This document shows positions 12,129 through 24,949 of a DNA stretch of 64,000 nucleotides, in pieces; position 1 is the stretch's first letter; each line of letters opens with the position of its first letter. The stretch is from Carcharhinus amblyrhynchos (lineage: Eukaryota). The stretch lies in assembly GCA_965287045.1 (NCBI GenBank), contig OZ336871.1:90272001-90336000 (forward strand). The letters run 5' to 3'. The notes beneath the pieces were generated by a model that was given only the letters and a program-made list of their open reading frames with translations, did not search any database and was not told the origin of the DNA. The translations under genes were made by a program, and so were the position numbers.

Positions 12129-12799
12129 AGGAAATTTGATCTAAATGGGCACAAGGATCTGCATTTTTTGAATTGCTCCTAATTTATGTGTTAAAACTGT
12201 ACAAAATGTCATTGCTGTTTGCATACTATGATGATTTTCTTTGTTTAATTATTTTGATGTAACATCAGATAATTGAGTCACAGAAGTCTGGAGGGAAGAT
12301 AAGATCCAACCTCATGCAGACTTCCCAATGTGTACATAGTAGCAGTGAATAAAGAGTAATGGCTTTAACAAACCATAGACTCATGCAGTTTATTTTGGGA
12401 AAGTAGGTAAGCCCCAAAGAACCCCATCTAAATCCAAAAACATGACACAACATTGTGGCAATGGACAGCAAACAAAAGACCCAGAAAAATTTTAAGGAAT
12501 AGCTACAGACCTGGCAAGTTAATAGATCTTTGAAAGAAGGAGGAAAGGAACAGGTTCAAGACTCATCAGAAGTTGGAGAATGCAGGTGAGGTAGATGTAC
12601 ACTGAGACACCAACCCAGAGTCTGGACAGCAGTGAGCATAGACCAGTATCAACAAGCAGCATCAGTGAAGCAGCAACAATTCTAGGGCTCAGTAGAAGCA
12701 TGGAATCCACATGACTACACCTAGAACCATCTCGGAGGCTCTCACCAGCTCAGGACTGGGGCAACTGGAATAAAGATTCTTGGGAGAGAGGACTTCTTA

Positions 12800-12868
12800 A
12801 AATATTCATTTGTGACATATGGGCATGACTGGCTGGCAAACATTTATTGCCCATTCCTAGTACACCCC
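12800..12868 (-). mobile_element. 3' tail fragment of the class C SINE or its LINE partner
   Basis: Reverse complement resembles the tail at 49165-49222 (gggatgggtaataaatgctggctagccag...cccatgtcacacaaatgaata). Confidence 0.7.
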
Positions 12869-12869
12869 A

Positions 12870-15800
12870 TCCGATTTAAAAAAATAAAGATCAAAAGGAG
12901 CAGGTCAGTACACTACTTTATGCAATTGGATCTATTGCTGATGTTAGGATAGCATGGCAGGAAGTTGATAGGTATCAACTTTTTATGAAGAAGTCCTGTA
13001 ACCATTTGATTCACATTTCAATGCCTGGAAAAACTTAATTATTGAGGTAGAAATTTAACAAGAGAAAGCAAAGACCAGGAAAACATTGATTTGTTCATTG
13101 ATATTCTGTTCAGGCTGGTAGGGAACTGTAATTATGGAGTCTTAAGGGGTGAATTGATTGACGACTGAGTTGAGTTAAGAGTCCTAGACAAAGCATTATC
13201 TTATCTCTAACAGACAAGAGAGAATGCAACACTAGTCAAGACAGGACAAATTGCAAGACAAACTGAGTTTAGAAAACAAAACTGGATGCTTGTTCACAGA
13301 AAGGCGCTGTACCATGGAGAAGGTCACATAAGTTTGTAGGTCATTTGAAAAAAAGTGCGCCAAAAGTCTCAGTCACCAAAAATGGGGAGATGCACAGCAA
13401 CCAACATCTTGAAATGTTTCAGGTATAGTGGAAACAAATTGTATACGTGAGAAGACTATCCAGAAGGAGGAGCAGAACAGGGTGGAAAAATAGACTACTT
13501 CAAAACTATCCGTTGCTCAAAAACGCTGACAACATATGAAAAGAAGGAGAACATATTGAAAGAGAACCACGTCGTGGTGGAAGAACCACAGAAAAAGGCA
13601 AGTAACTTTCCTAGGGAGGAAAATGATACTGCAACAAATACAGGAATATTAAACTCAGAGTGGACGAACACCCAACAGGATTTAAAATTGGACACGGGAG
13701 CAGAAGTTTCTGTTTTATCAGACAAAATAAAATTGTTCAAGCAGGTTACATTTCAAATCTGAACTATCAAATTACAAGATCCTGGTGGGACTACATTGGA
13801 AGTTAAAGGCCTTGTGACAAGTATAAAGATAGAGGAATCTTTGGCATCTCCATGTAATTCAAAATCAAGAATGCTCTCTGCTAAGCAGAAAGGCATGCCT
13901 AAAATTTAAACAAATCCATAAAGTGAATAAACATTACAGCAGTACATTCAGAAATGAAGTTCCAAAATTATTTATAGGGCTAGGGAAATTAAAGCTAGAG
14001 CTTCATATTACACTACAAGCTGATCTAAAGCAGTTTGCCTCTTTATACTGAGGAAAGTCCCTGACCTATCCTTGGACAAAATCAAGGGTGAAATTAGGAA
14101 GATGCAAAAGCAAGGGTTTATTTCACTGAACAACATGCAAACAACATGGTGTTCAGGAATGGACTCAGACCCAGTGCTAAAAGGCTCCATAAAAATTGGT
14201 ATGGGTTTTACTCATCTAAAGATATCAGTGGCCATAATGGATGAGATCTTTGCCAAACTCCCGAAGAGTGCTTTACTCAGCAAATTGAATGCAAACTGAA
14301 GATTTTGGTTATAGCCCTGGACAAAGAATCCAGATTGCTGACCACATTTAGAATGTCTATTGGTCAAAGGATCAACATTCGAAATGGTGCTCCACTCCTA
14401 AACTTTCCCAGAGAACAATGTCTCAAACTGTAGAAGGCATGGAAGAAGTAATATGGCAATGAATATTGTACATGGCTCCATGAGATAGGAACATGGGTGC
14501 AGAGTTAGAACAGTCTTAAGAGTCTTACAGGATGCAGGCTTATCATTGAATGAAAAAAATGAATTTGAAAACCTATAATCAAATTTCTAGATCACATCAA
14601 GCAAGCAACTGGAATCTCAGATGATCCATAAAAAACAAAAATAATTTGAGAATTTCCAACCCAAGAACATAACTGAACTTCAAAGATTCCTTGGGAAGAT
14701 CAAACAAAAAGGCAGATTCCTATCAGATTTAGTAGAGGTCAATGAACCTTTGAGACAGCTGTTGAGACAGAGTCAACAGTGAAGCTGACATGTGGATTTA
14801 ATTTTAATTTCCTCTGAAATTTGGGCATATAGTGACCCAGAATTGCCAACCAAAGCAGCAGCAGATGCATCATCAACTGGTCTGGAGGCAATTTTATTTC
14901 AAGTGCAGAGAGACAGCAAGTTTTGACCAGATTATTATGCGTCAAGATCATTATCAGAATTAGAACAAAGATACACCACAATCAAAACAAAAACAGCATT
15001 GGCAGCAACATGCAAAATAATCTTGGACTACTTTATCGGAATTATGGTTCAATGTTGAGACAGACCATAGTTACTCTTCTGAACATAACATTAATTGCAA
15101 AGATGTAGCCCAGATTCCAGTCATTCAGGATATGATTAATAAGATATGACTCCATAACAGAGTATGTTCAAGGTAAGTTTCAAATAGCAGCAGACACAGT
15201 GTCACAGATACCACCAGAAAAAAACCAAAGAAGAGGATTTACACTTTATTGAGGAGGTCGAGGCATATATATCTCAAATTACCCAACACTTATCAGCTAC
15301 TGCAAAGAAAGCTGCAGGAAATAAAATAAGCACAGCAACAAGGTGACAAATGTTTCCAGATAAGAGAATATTGTCTGGAAGGATGGCCAGAATATATCCC
15401 AGCAATGCAGCACACTTTTGACAATTTATTACACTTCAATGAGAGAGTAATCATACCAAAAGCATTTGAGCTCATTATTCTTCAAATGCTTCACCAAGGT
15501 CATCTATGAATGGAAAATACCGTGTGAGAGCCCAGCAATTAAACTGGTGGTCAGGCATTACTCATTCAATTGAAGAAATTATTTCTAATCATTTTAGGTA
15601 TGCAGTAAACAGCCACAAGCAAAAGAATTGAGTACTTTTCCAACAAGTCCATGAGAACCTATTTAATTTTAAGGGAAAAACCTTTCTTATTTTCGCCGAA
15701 GTCATTCATGCTTGATTGAAGTAAACTGATTGCATAATATCATAGTGCAAACAATCTTTCAACCAGTGAAAAGAATTTATGCGACACATGACATTCTGGA

Positions 15801-15950
15801 CATTGTAGTGTCAGTAAATGAGCCACAATTTGCTAATAAGTCATTCCAAAATTTTGCACAGGAATGCGATTTTCCTAGGCAGAGAGTATGGGTACATGAC
15901 CAATAGACAGAAGGCACAATCATCAAACAAACTCCACAACTAGATGTAGA
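12870..15950 (+). mobile_element. Decayed Gypsy/Ty3 LTR-retrotransposon internal region (gag-PR-RT-RH-IN)
   Basis: Gag EQVSTLLYAIG and KFNKRKQRPG; protease LKLDTGAEVSVL (~13680); RT WCSGM...SKLNAN*RFW...SRLLTTF; RNase H ADASSTGLEAILFQ...YASRSLSELEQRY; integrase zinc finger LHQGHL and core DIVVSVNEPQF. Many stops and frameshifts. May extend upstream to ~12260. Confidence 0.9.
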
Positions 15951-15995
15951 GTATCCCAAGGAGAAATTGTAGTTAATATCCTTGGAAAGCCAATT

Positions 15996-16130
15996 TGGTA
16001 GATTTCCTTCCCTAAAGGGTATTAGTAAACCAGATGGGTTGTTTACAACAATTGAAAATGGTTTCATGGTCATCATTCGACTTTTAATTTGAGATTTTTG
16101 CTGAATTCAAATTTCACCACCTGCCATGGG
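15996..16130 (-). mobile_element. Class C SINE internal fragment
   Basis: 'agatttccttccctaaagggtattagtaaaccagatgggtt...tttcatggtcat' is the reverse complement of the middle of the element at 48884-49226. Confidence 0.75.
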
Positions 16131-16935
16131 TCTTTGGGAATGAAGCTGGACAGTCCCACACTTCCTGATGAATTTAATGACAAGATGTCTTTTAAGTCTG
16201 ACAATGCAGGGTGGCAGTTTATCAGTCTGGAAAGTGGCCAGGGAAGTGGTTGTTAGGCAAGCTGGGTGAATCGTATATCATGGATGCTTGGGGTTGGATG
16301 GTGGTGATGGTCCAATGATGTGACGTTTGATAGGCCAGGTGAAGAACTCCCACTTGTCTCCAACAACCAGAGCAATAAAGGCACTTACCTGATGGAGATC
16401 TCATGATGGCCTTTCTCATCTTCTATTCCCAGTCAGGATTCCTGAGCCCTGGGAATCCCAGCCTTGAAGTGTTAAAAATAAAAATGCAGTTAAAGTGGAG
16501 ACAAGCCACATTCTTAAAAAAACATTGTCTGCATCCTGGGAGTGGCTTGGTCAGCTGTGCACACTCCTCTTCCTCACCAAACGGCCTCCATTAAAACCGG
16601 GAGTGGGTGGATTGAGCTCGGTTATGAAAACTAAACATTTTTAAGTTCCCATCCATTCTCCCAAATACAAAGTGAAAACGTGACTTGGATTGTTAAAAAC
16701 AATTCTAAAATTAAACATGAGAAATTGGGAAAACTTGGTTTCCTGGCTTTCTTTGGGTCACTTTAACCGGTGACTTGGTCCTAAATATCTGAGCATGTTG
16801 ATTTGTTAAGCCAAGAAATATAAAAGTTGTTTGCTCTGGAATCTTTATACACTTATACATCAGATATGACCTATAATCTTTGGCAAAGAGTGATCACAGA
16901 AAAGATACTTTCCAAGTATCTGTTTAAGGACTGAA

Positions 16936-17833
16936 GGTGGAGTCTTCCCAAAATTGGCCAAGAGTGCTGGATGAGGTCAGAAAAACTGGCTTCACCTGAT
17001 TTAATAGCACTCTGTTGTGTGGGCTGGGATTGGTGTCCAGGGGTTCGGGCCAGCACAGCCAGGATTCTGAAATCAGGGAGATGTTTTTAAAGGACACCCC
17101 GATCTCAGGGTCCCCCGCCTCCCCACAGAGATCGGGATCCCCCACAGAGATTGGGACTCCATGCTCCAAATACCTGGGTAACCCCAGCACCGCATTAGGT
17201 CATCAAACCTCTGCTCGCCTTCTGCTGCCCCCTCTCCCCCACCTCACAGTCATGAGGTTCTTTCCTCTCCTCCCCTCCCCACACAGGCATCAAGGCTCCT
17301 ACCTATCCCCTCCCCAGCCTACATACAAGGAAAGCCTCCAATGGAGGACAGCTATCTCCCGTTCCAGTGTTCGCTTGGCCCTGCCCCTTCTGGTGCCACT
17401 GATACTGCCCTCTTAGCAGTGAACCCTAACTGTGCCTTCAGCAGGAAGGTATCAGGGGCCAATGTCCCTTGTTCCTCCAACCCGTGTGGTCACCATGACT
17501 GGCTTTCGCTTTTGAAAACTAATAGTGACTTGTGCCGGTGTGATGTCATACCACCAGCAAGGGAGTGTGGTGGGGGCAGGAGAATAATTCGTGGGCAAAT
17601 GCAATGGTGTAAGGCCCTTTGATTATATTAAAATGTATCTATACTCATGGAAATCTGGTTCACACCACCCACACTGGGCATGAACCAGATTCCACCACTG
17701 GGGTGAGGGGGGAAGGTAGGAGTATCTCAACATGAGATCTCACAGGCACAAATCTCATTTTTACTCTCTTGCGAGATACAGTGGCTATAACGGGATTTGC
17801 ACCCACAGCAAGCGGGGCCACTAGATCATGCCC
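16936..17833. mobile_element. Non-autonomous DNA transposon, probably Harbinger-related
   Basis: GC-richer island bounded by degenerate inverted ends ('ggtggagtcttccc' / 'ctagatcatgccc'); left end resembles the end at 40768; C-rich interior. Confidence 0.5.
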
Positions 17834-18089
17834 TTTGTGTTACGTTTGTGTCAGGCTGAGGTGGTGAGGTGCAGTGTTTAATTGAGGAAAATGGAGAAGT
17901 GAGTTGGTGCAATGATATAGCCTCATTTGACTGCAGTTTTAAATGAGATAGAGTTTGCGGTGGTTTCATAGCTGAGAGAATCACAGCATGAATATCATTG
18001 TAGAGTAGGCAGAAGACAGTAACAAATTCCCGGGGGGGGGGGAGGGTGGGGGCAGCCAAATTTGAGGAGGATTCTCCATAAGCCTTTGT

Positions 18090-18650
18090 GGTTGACAGAA
18101 TTAAAGGCAGTCAGTGTTCAATGGAGAGAACATTTTGAAGAACTCCTTAACCTAAACTCTGGCTTGGCTTGTACATCCTCAACTCCACGCTTCAATGCTG
18201 TATCTGCCTCAGTTTTGGTGCTATCCCAGTCCACAACAAAGTTCAAAAAGCCATTTGGCAGCTGAAAAAAACATCTATGGAGCAGATTGAATTTCTGCCA
18301 ACATTCTCAAGCACATGGCAAGATAAACATCTGACATGGTGGTATAACCTCATAATCCCTCATCTGGGAAGATATGTACATGCTGGGGGAAATCACATGG
18401 ACAATTTGTTTGCGACAATATTTAAGAATGGACACAAGTCTGATTGCAGTATTTACAATGTCCCCAGCTACTTGCCGTAAGGATATTCACTGTAAGGATC
18501 CCTCCTCAACTGCCTTCTTCCAGTGTTGTTGTGTTTTACTCGCCCACAGTTTTACAATGGGTGAGTAAAATTCAGCAACACTACAGGCATGATCTTCATT
18601 GTGCAGAAAATTAAAGAAAATTGTAAGAAACAGCACGAACTGCTGTACGT
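18090..18650 (+). mobile_element. RTE (BovB-like) LINE ORF fragment
   Basis: AVSVQWREHFEELLN, KVQKAIWQLKK and TIFKNGHKSDCSIY are RTE-clade motifs upstream of and in the RT domain. Confidence 0.75.
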
Positions 18651-20112
18651 GACAATGAAATCTTATTAACGGCTTATCTCCTGTTTTAGTCCAGTGGAGG
18701 AGCATAGGAATTTCAGTCTGTGATGTATTGTATGTCTTTTCGATCTTGCCTTACTTTGCAAACCACTGCATTGTGGGATTGCAGGATCCATGTTTTCTCA
18801 TTAGTTCCACAGACACCGCAATAAAGAGTTGCAATGTTAATCACCTCCTGTGTCTCCCCATGTACTGATTGATCTTGAAGGCTACTAGGACGAAAAAATG
18901 CAACACAGTCTGTAGCAGATATAAAGAATGATTAGGGTTCTGTTAATTCACTGGCAAAATTAAAATCTTTGTCATTAATGAAGAAAATTATAACAAGTAT
19001 TCAGCCAACTTTATATTTCTGCATCATGTTATGGAAGAATATTTTAGCAGAAGATCATGCCTGTTAAATTCAGATCTTTGTGCTATCTACAGAGAATCAT
19101 ACAGCAAAGAGGAGGCCATTTGGACCATTGTTTCTCATCCGGTCTTTGGTAAAGCTATCCGATAAGTCTGGCTCTTTGCTCATCGTCCTGCAAGTTGCTA
19201 CATTTCAAGTATATATCCAATTATATTTTGAAAATTGCCATTGGATCTGTTGCCACCACCTTTATAGGTAGTTAATTCCAGTTTATAACAACTCCCTGAG
19301 TAAAAACATTTTCTTCATCTTTCCCCTAGTTTTTTTTGCCAAGTAAGCCTGGCTCAGCTGATTTACCGATCCTACTGCTTTGGGGCAGCTTCTTATTTTC
19401 TACTCTATCAAAATGTCATGTAATTTTGAACTCAGTTTACTTCCTTGATTTAATTATTTTTAATACATTTTTATTTTTCATTTCTGCACATCTAAAATGT
19501 TCTATGTTGGAACAATTTTTTGTAACTTAAGTGAGAATTTTTCACGTTTTCTTTGAAATCTGAGTCTGGAGCAGGGATGTGAATGAATCACATGCTACAT
19601 TGCAACAGTTCAAAGCAGTTTTGTGAAGGAATGGTATCTGATGGATATTAGCACACTTACCAAGTGTTTCCTGAGTCAAAAACTATTGCTAAAGAGCAGT
19701 TTAAAATGTTTCCATATTTAAAATTGCTTTCATTTTGCTAGCTTCCTCTCCTTTGAATTCTCAAAGGTAGTAAATTTCGAGCAATGTAAGATGTGGAGCA
19801 ACACTTCAAACAAAGTATAATCAGCTACAAATTGTTCAAGTGCCAGTTTGATGTGGTGAGAAGCATGCTTGCTTGTGACCACTCCAGCAATAGAAAATCA
19901 GAGAGCAACCTTTGTTGCAGAGGATAAACTGCAACTTAAGACATTACCTTTGAGAAGGCTGTAAGCTCAAGTACCAACCCAAAGATAATGGCAAGGATTC
20001 ACCAAACTCGTCCGCCATGGGTCTAGAATTCCTACATAATGTCAACGGACTTTGGCTGGTCTGCCAAATTCTCGGTCCCGCCCTTAGCGGGAACTGGAAA
20101 ATCCCAGCCAGT

Positions 20113-20204
20113 GGCACTTGCAGGCTGACACTTTAATGCAGCACTGAGGGCGTGTTGCACTGTTGGAGATGGAGTCTTTTGGATGAGAATATGAACTGAG
20201 ATCC
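20113..20204 (+). mobile_element. DeuSINE-like relic (SacSINE1/AmnSINE1 type), 5' part
   Basis: 'aggctgacactttaatgcagcactgagggcgtgttgcactgttggagatggagtcttttggatgaga' matches the recalled DeuSINE consensus. Confidence 0.65.
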
Positions 20205-20454
20205 TTTTTTTCATTTATTATTGTCACAAGTAGGCTTACATTAACACTTCAATGAAGCTACTGTGAAAATCCCTGCGCTCTGGCGCCTGTTTGGGTACAC
20301 TGAGGGGGAATTTAGCATGGGCAACGCACCTAACCAGCATGTCCCTTGGACTGCAGGAGGAAACTGGAGCACCCGGATGAAACTCACGCAGACACGGGGA
20401 GAATGTGCAGACTCCTCACAGACTGTGACCCAAGTTGGGAGTCAAACCCAGGTC
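20205..20454 (-). mobile_element. HE1-headed SINE, class B tail, head truncated
   Basis: 'atttattattgtcacaagtaggcttacattaacac...ggcgcctgtttgggtacactgaggg' plus V-domain. Confidence 0.88.
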
Positions 20455-20489
20455 TTTATTGACATTAGGTATTTATATATTTGTACCTT

Positions 20490-21735
20490 CACAAACTTGA
20501 CTGAGTTCTTTGAGGAAGTGACAAAAATAATAACCGGGGTGGGGCTGTAGATGTTGTATACATGGACGTTAGTAAAACCTTTGATAAGGTTCCTCATGGC
20601 CGGCTGATGCAGAAGGTGAAGTCATATGGGATCTGAAGTGAGCTGGTAAGATGGATACAAAACTGGCTTGGGCATAGAAAGCAGAGAGTAGCAGTGGAAA
20701 AGTACTTTTCTACCAGGACTGTGACAAGCATTGTTCCACAAGGATCAGTGCTGGTGCCTCTGTTGTTCGTAATATATACATAAATGATTTGGAGAAAAAT
20801 GTAGGTGATCTGATTAGTAAATTTGCAGATGCCACAAAAATTAGGGGAGTAGCTGATGGTAAGGAGAACTGTCAGAGGATATAGCAGGATGCAAATCTGC
20901 AGGAGACCTGGCCCGAAAGATGGCAGATGGAATTTACCCCAGGCAAATGTGAGGTGATGTGATTTGGAAGGTGTACTGCAGAAGGAAAGTACAAAGTAAA
21001 TGGTAGAGCCCTTAGAAATATTAGCATACAGAGAGATCTAGGTGTGCAGATCCATAGTTCCCTGAAAGTAGATCAGAGGTGGACAAGATGGTCAAGAAGG
21101 CTTATGTCATTCTGGCCTTCATCAGTCGGGGCATTGAGTATAGGAATTGGAAAATAATATTGCAGCTGTATAAGACTTTGGTTAGGCCACATTTGGAGTA
21201 TCATGTACAATTCTGGTCTCCATACTACTGGAAGGATGTTGATGCATTGGGAAGAGTGCAGAAAAGATTTTTAACAGGATGTTGTTTGGTTTGGAGGATA
21301 TGGACTATGAAGAAAAGTTGAATAAACTTTGATTGTTTTCATTGGAGCATCAGAAGATGAGGGGGGGCTGCCTGACAGAGGTTTACAAGATCGTGACAGG
21401 CTTGGATATAGTGGATAGTCAGTCGTTTTTTTCAGGGTTGAAGGGTCAATTACTCAGGGACACAGATTGAAAATGAGAGGGGGAAAGTTTAAAGGAGATG
21501 TAAGGGGCAAGTTTTTCACACAGAGGGTGGTGAATGCCTGGAACATGCTGCCAGAGGAGGTGATGAAAGCAGATTCTATAACAATGTTCAAGAGGATAGA
21601 TACACAAATAGGCAGGGAATAGAGGGATATGGACCTTGTACAGGCAAGAAAATATTAGATAAGAGAAGCATTTGTGTCAGCACAAAGTTGGTGGGCCAAA
21701 GGGCCTATTCCTGTGTTGTATACTGTTCTTTGTTC
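20490..21735 (+). mobile_element. CR1 LINE, RT region to 3' end
   Basis: TNLTEFFEEVTK, FDKVPHGRL, VPQGSVL, KFADATKI and LYKTLVRPHLEYHVQFWSP; tail 'tactgttctttgttc'. Confidence 0.93.
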
Positions 21736-21826
21736 ACATGAAGTTGGAGGTTCTCCTCTTCTAGATTTCTCTTATTTCTCTGTCATGTGATCTGACACAT
21801 AAGTACATAGCATTGTGTATGTTTCT

Positions 21827-22009
21827 TGTTATGTATGTGGGGTGTAGCCCCTTTAAGAGGATGGGCCAGGTGACCCAGGGCAAGGGGTGACCTCACTGGG
21901 AATCTGTCTCTACTGGCAGTTGAGAGCTAGAGTGTGAGGAGAATAGTTCATTAATAAAACCCTGTTTGTTGCTGTGTTTTTCCTCTGTGTGAGTTCTTTG
22001 GAGCTACCA
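21827..22009 (+). mobile_element. Probable short solo LTR
   Basis: Starts TGTTATG; contains 'cccctttaagag' and AATAAA followed by a GT-rich stretch; ends near CA. No clean TSD seen. Confidence 0.45.
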
Positions 22010-22054
22010 CCACCCCACACTCCCACACAGTAGTCTCCGATTTAACACTTCTGA

Positions 22055-22230
22055 TGTTGACCCTTTACTTCACATCATCCTGCATCATAAAGATTGATTA
22101 CCTCGTTATGCATCCCTTTGCTATTTATGGGATCTTCTGTGCATACATTGGATTCTCAGTTTCCCTGCACTGCAAGAGTGACTACATTTCATTGGTACTT
22201 TACTGGAAGTAAAGCATGCTGAAGGTGTGA
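22055..22230 (+). mobile_element. DeuSINE-like relic, 3' part
   Basis: 'ttgctatttatgggatcttctgtgcatacattgg...gagtgactacatttcattggtacttt...gtaaagcatgct' resembles the Deu-domain 3' region. Confidence 0.55.
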
Positions 22231-22244
22231 CAAAAACTTCTGTG

Positions 22245-22450
22245 GGCACCAGCTGCAGAGACCCTGAGCTCTTGCATTTCCTTCCTTGACCTCTCCATCT
22301 CACTGGTCCATAAAACCTACATCTTTGACTAAACATTTGGTCACCTGTGCTAATATATCCTAATGTGATCGCTGATGCATAATGCCTCTCTAAAGTGTCT
22401 TGGGATGTTTAATCACATTAAAGATGCAATATAAATGTTGCTGTTATTGG
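22245..22450 (+). mobile_element. L2 LINE 3' end
   Basis: 'aaaacctacatctttgactaaacatttggtcacctg...aagtgtcttgggatgtttaatcacattaaagatgcaatataaatg'. Confidence 0.7.
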
Positions 22451-22451
22451 A

Positions 22452-22692
22452 ACTGTTATTCAGACAAGTGGAGAGTCCATCACTCTCCTGTCTTTTGCCT
22501 TGTAGATGGTGAATGTGCTTTGGGGAGTTAGAAAGTGGATACTCATAGCAGATTTCTCAGCTTTTGTCCTGCTCTTGTAGCCACAGTGTTTATATGGCTG
22601 GTCCAGTTGTTTCTAGTCTATGGCAACCTGCAGGATATTGATGGTGGGGATTCAATGGCTGTAATGATGTTAAATGTCAATGGGCAGTGGTC
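22452..22692 (-). mobile_element. CR1/L2-group LINE fragment (post-RT region), not the HER1-type CR1
   Basis: Minus-strand translation across frameshifts: PLTFNIITAIESPPSISC...NWTSHINTVATRAGQKLRNLL...TPQSTFTIYKAK. Confidence 0.7.
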
Positions 22693-23934
22693 AGATTTAC
22701 CCTTTTAAAAAGTATACCTTTTGCAAGAAGGATTTCAGAAATTGGATGATTGCAAAATGGCCATCACTTTATATAATAGTGCAGATAAATTTATTGCAGC
22801 TGCTTGGAATTGAAAAAAAAGTTTCACCATCCAGAAATGCAATATATTGGAAAATACAACAAATCAACTGCTAAATAAATACACATTGTTAAAACTATCA
22901 GGCAAAATTAAAATAAAACTGGAAGAATTTTCCACCCTGCCATTAGATAAGCTGGTGGGAATTCAGCCCTGCTCCGGACAGTTGTCCTACATCCATCTAA
23001 TATTCTCAGGAGTGTTAATTGACTGGAGGAAGTCCTTCTGTCCCTAAGTAGAAAATAAATTATGTCTTTGACAGGTTCTAGCCGCTTGATTGATTGGTAG
23101 CTTGCTGGTCCCAGCAGTGCCACCTGGAGTGATGGCCACAGCTGGGACTGCACCCAGCCCCAGAAACATAGAGCTGGAAGCCAGAGATAGTATAAATCTG
23201 AAGAACCCTTGGCAGGGCCAGGACAGGAGAGCTGGGTGCATGATTGTCAAGGATATCGCTTGATCACAACATCCAATAATTGGCCATGAAAAGGTGTCAA
23301 ATGGGGCAACAGCAGGTGGTCTGCCCTGTGCCTCGCCCACCATCTCTAAAATCATGGCCACATCAGTGCCATGGGCCTAGGCAGTGGGAAAGTCACCTGC
23401 AGAATTTTATGAGCTCCCCACCTACAAACACATGCACAGGTGTCTGTAAAATTCTGTCAGTCATTGCTGACACCTCGCCTTAAATTAAAATAGTAAAAGC
23501 ACTAATTAACATGTTTGAAAAGTTTTTGGTTTATTTTATTCTATTCTTCTACAAGTTTGAGCTGTATTTCACGGCCTTTGGATATGCTTATGGTGATCTT
23601 TTTGCTTGCCCAATAGGAATAAAGCACTTACATCTTCATTTGTTAGTGTAAATATAAAATCTTGACCACATCCTCATTGCTTAACAACATAAAATAGCTT
23701 TCTTTCCACCTTTTTGTCAATGGACTTTAACCCATAAGGACTGGTGTGATTGTCAGTGGATAACAAACAAATTGTCCGATAGTGATTCCTCCCAGAGTCT
23801 ATTTGTGCAGGCCTGCTTAAACCTGAAGCACACCCAATATTGGGCCTTAGGACTTATTTAAATGATACATATGTTAAGCAGTTGGCATTGGATTTCAAAG
23901 CACTGTGTCACCATCATTGACACCTTCAGCTATA

Positions 23935-24495
23935 TCCTGGGAGGGAGAGTGTTGATTGGGAAGGGTGGAGTGGGACTGGGACATGGAAGCATGGAATAGT
24001 AGAGGCGATCATAAGTGAGGCAGTAATCAGGATGGAGGGAAGTGATTGGGGGTGGGCAATTGAGGCGGGCTATTTGAAGGGAGTGGAGAGTTATTGGGGA
24101 TAGACAATTGAGTGGATGGGGTGGAAGAGGGAGATGTGGAAGGGTATGTTTGAGTTGATCAGTGAGTGAGGTTATTGGGAAGGGATGAGGCAATTGGGAA
24201 AGAGTAAGTGATCATTAGGGATTGAGGGAACAGAGAGAGAATGAGGCAATTAGGAAAGGGTAAACCAATTGGGAAGGGGGAGAAGATTGGGAGGGCATGA
24301 GATCAGTGTGAGGGGAGCAAACAGGAGAGATTGAGGCAATTGGGAGAAGATGAGGCAATTGTGGGAAGGAAGTGGGAGATATATAAAAGGTGATGTAATG
24401 GGTTGGGTTGGAAGGGGTGAATTGATTAAAAGGACTGAGGTGCTAGGGAGGGGATGAATTTGTAGGAAGTGATAATGAGTGGGCATAGACAGAGG
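23935..24495. repeat. Purine-rich (G/A) degenerate tandem repeat
   Basis: Recurrent 'gaggcaattggga' and 'gattgggagg' units; very few C on the + strand. Confidence 0.75.
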
Positions 24496-24949
24496 ATGCA
24501 CTGATTTTTGGCACTGATGTGGAACCAGGATGATCACTTTTATGAGGCAGTTTTCTTTAGCAAACTTTTCATTTTGGTGGCCAGAGTAGACCAATTTAGC
24601 TAAGGGGTCTGGAAACAGCCACCAGATCCATTATTTGTGTACTTTCCTTCCTAATACAGTGAGTGGCACATTTCCAGAGTAAAAATGTGGTGCTTTCTGC
24701 TCACCATGTTAGTTGCTTTTCCTCTTGTTTTATATCTGTAATGTGGGTGTAGTGTCAACCAAAGTTTAGGCTTGTCTTCATTTACAGATGCCCACTTGCT
24801 TAAGTTATCAGGTGGCATGATTTTGACCTTTCTCCTCAAGCCCAAATTGTTTGTTTGAAATTTTTTTAAGATGTGAAAATGCATTCTTTGGAACAACATT
24901 ATCTAGCCCAGATGAAGTGCTTCATTTGCATTTCTCAAATTCTGAAGGG

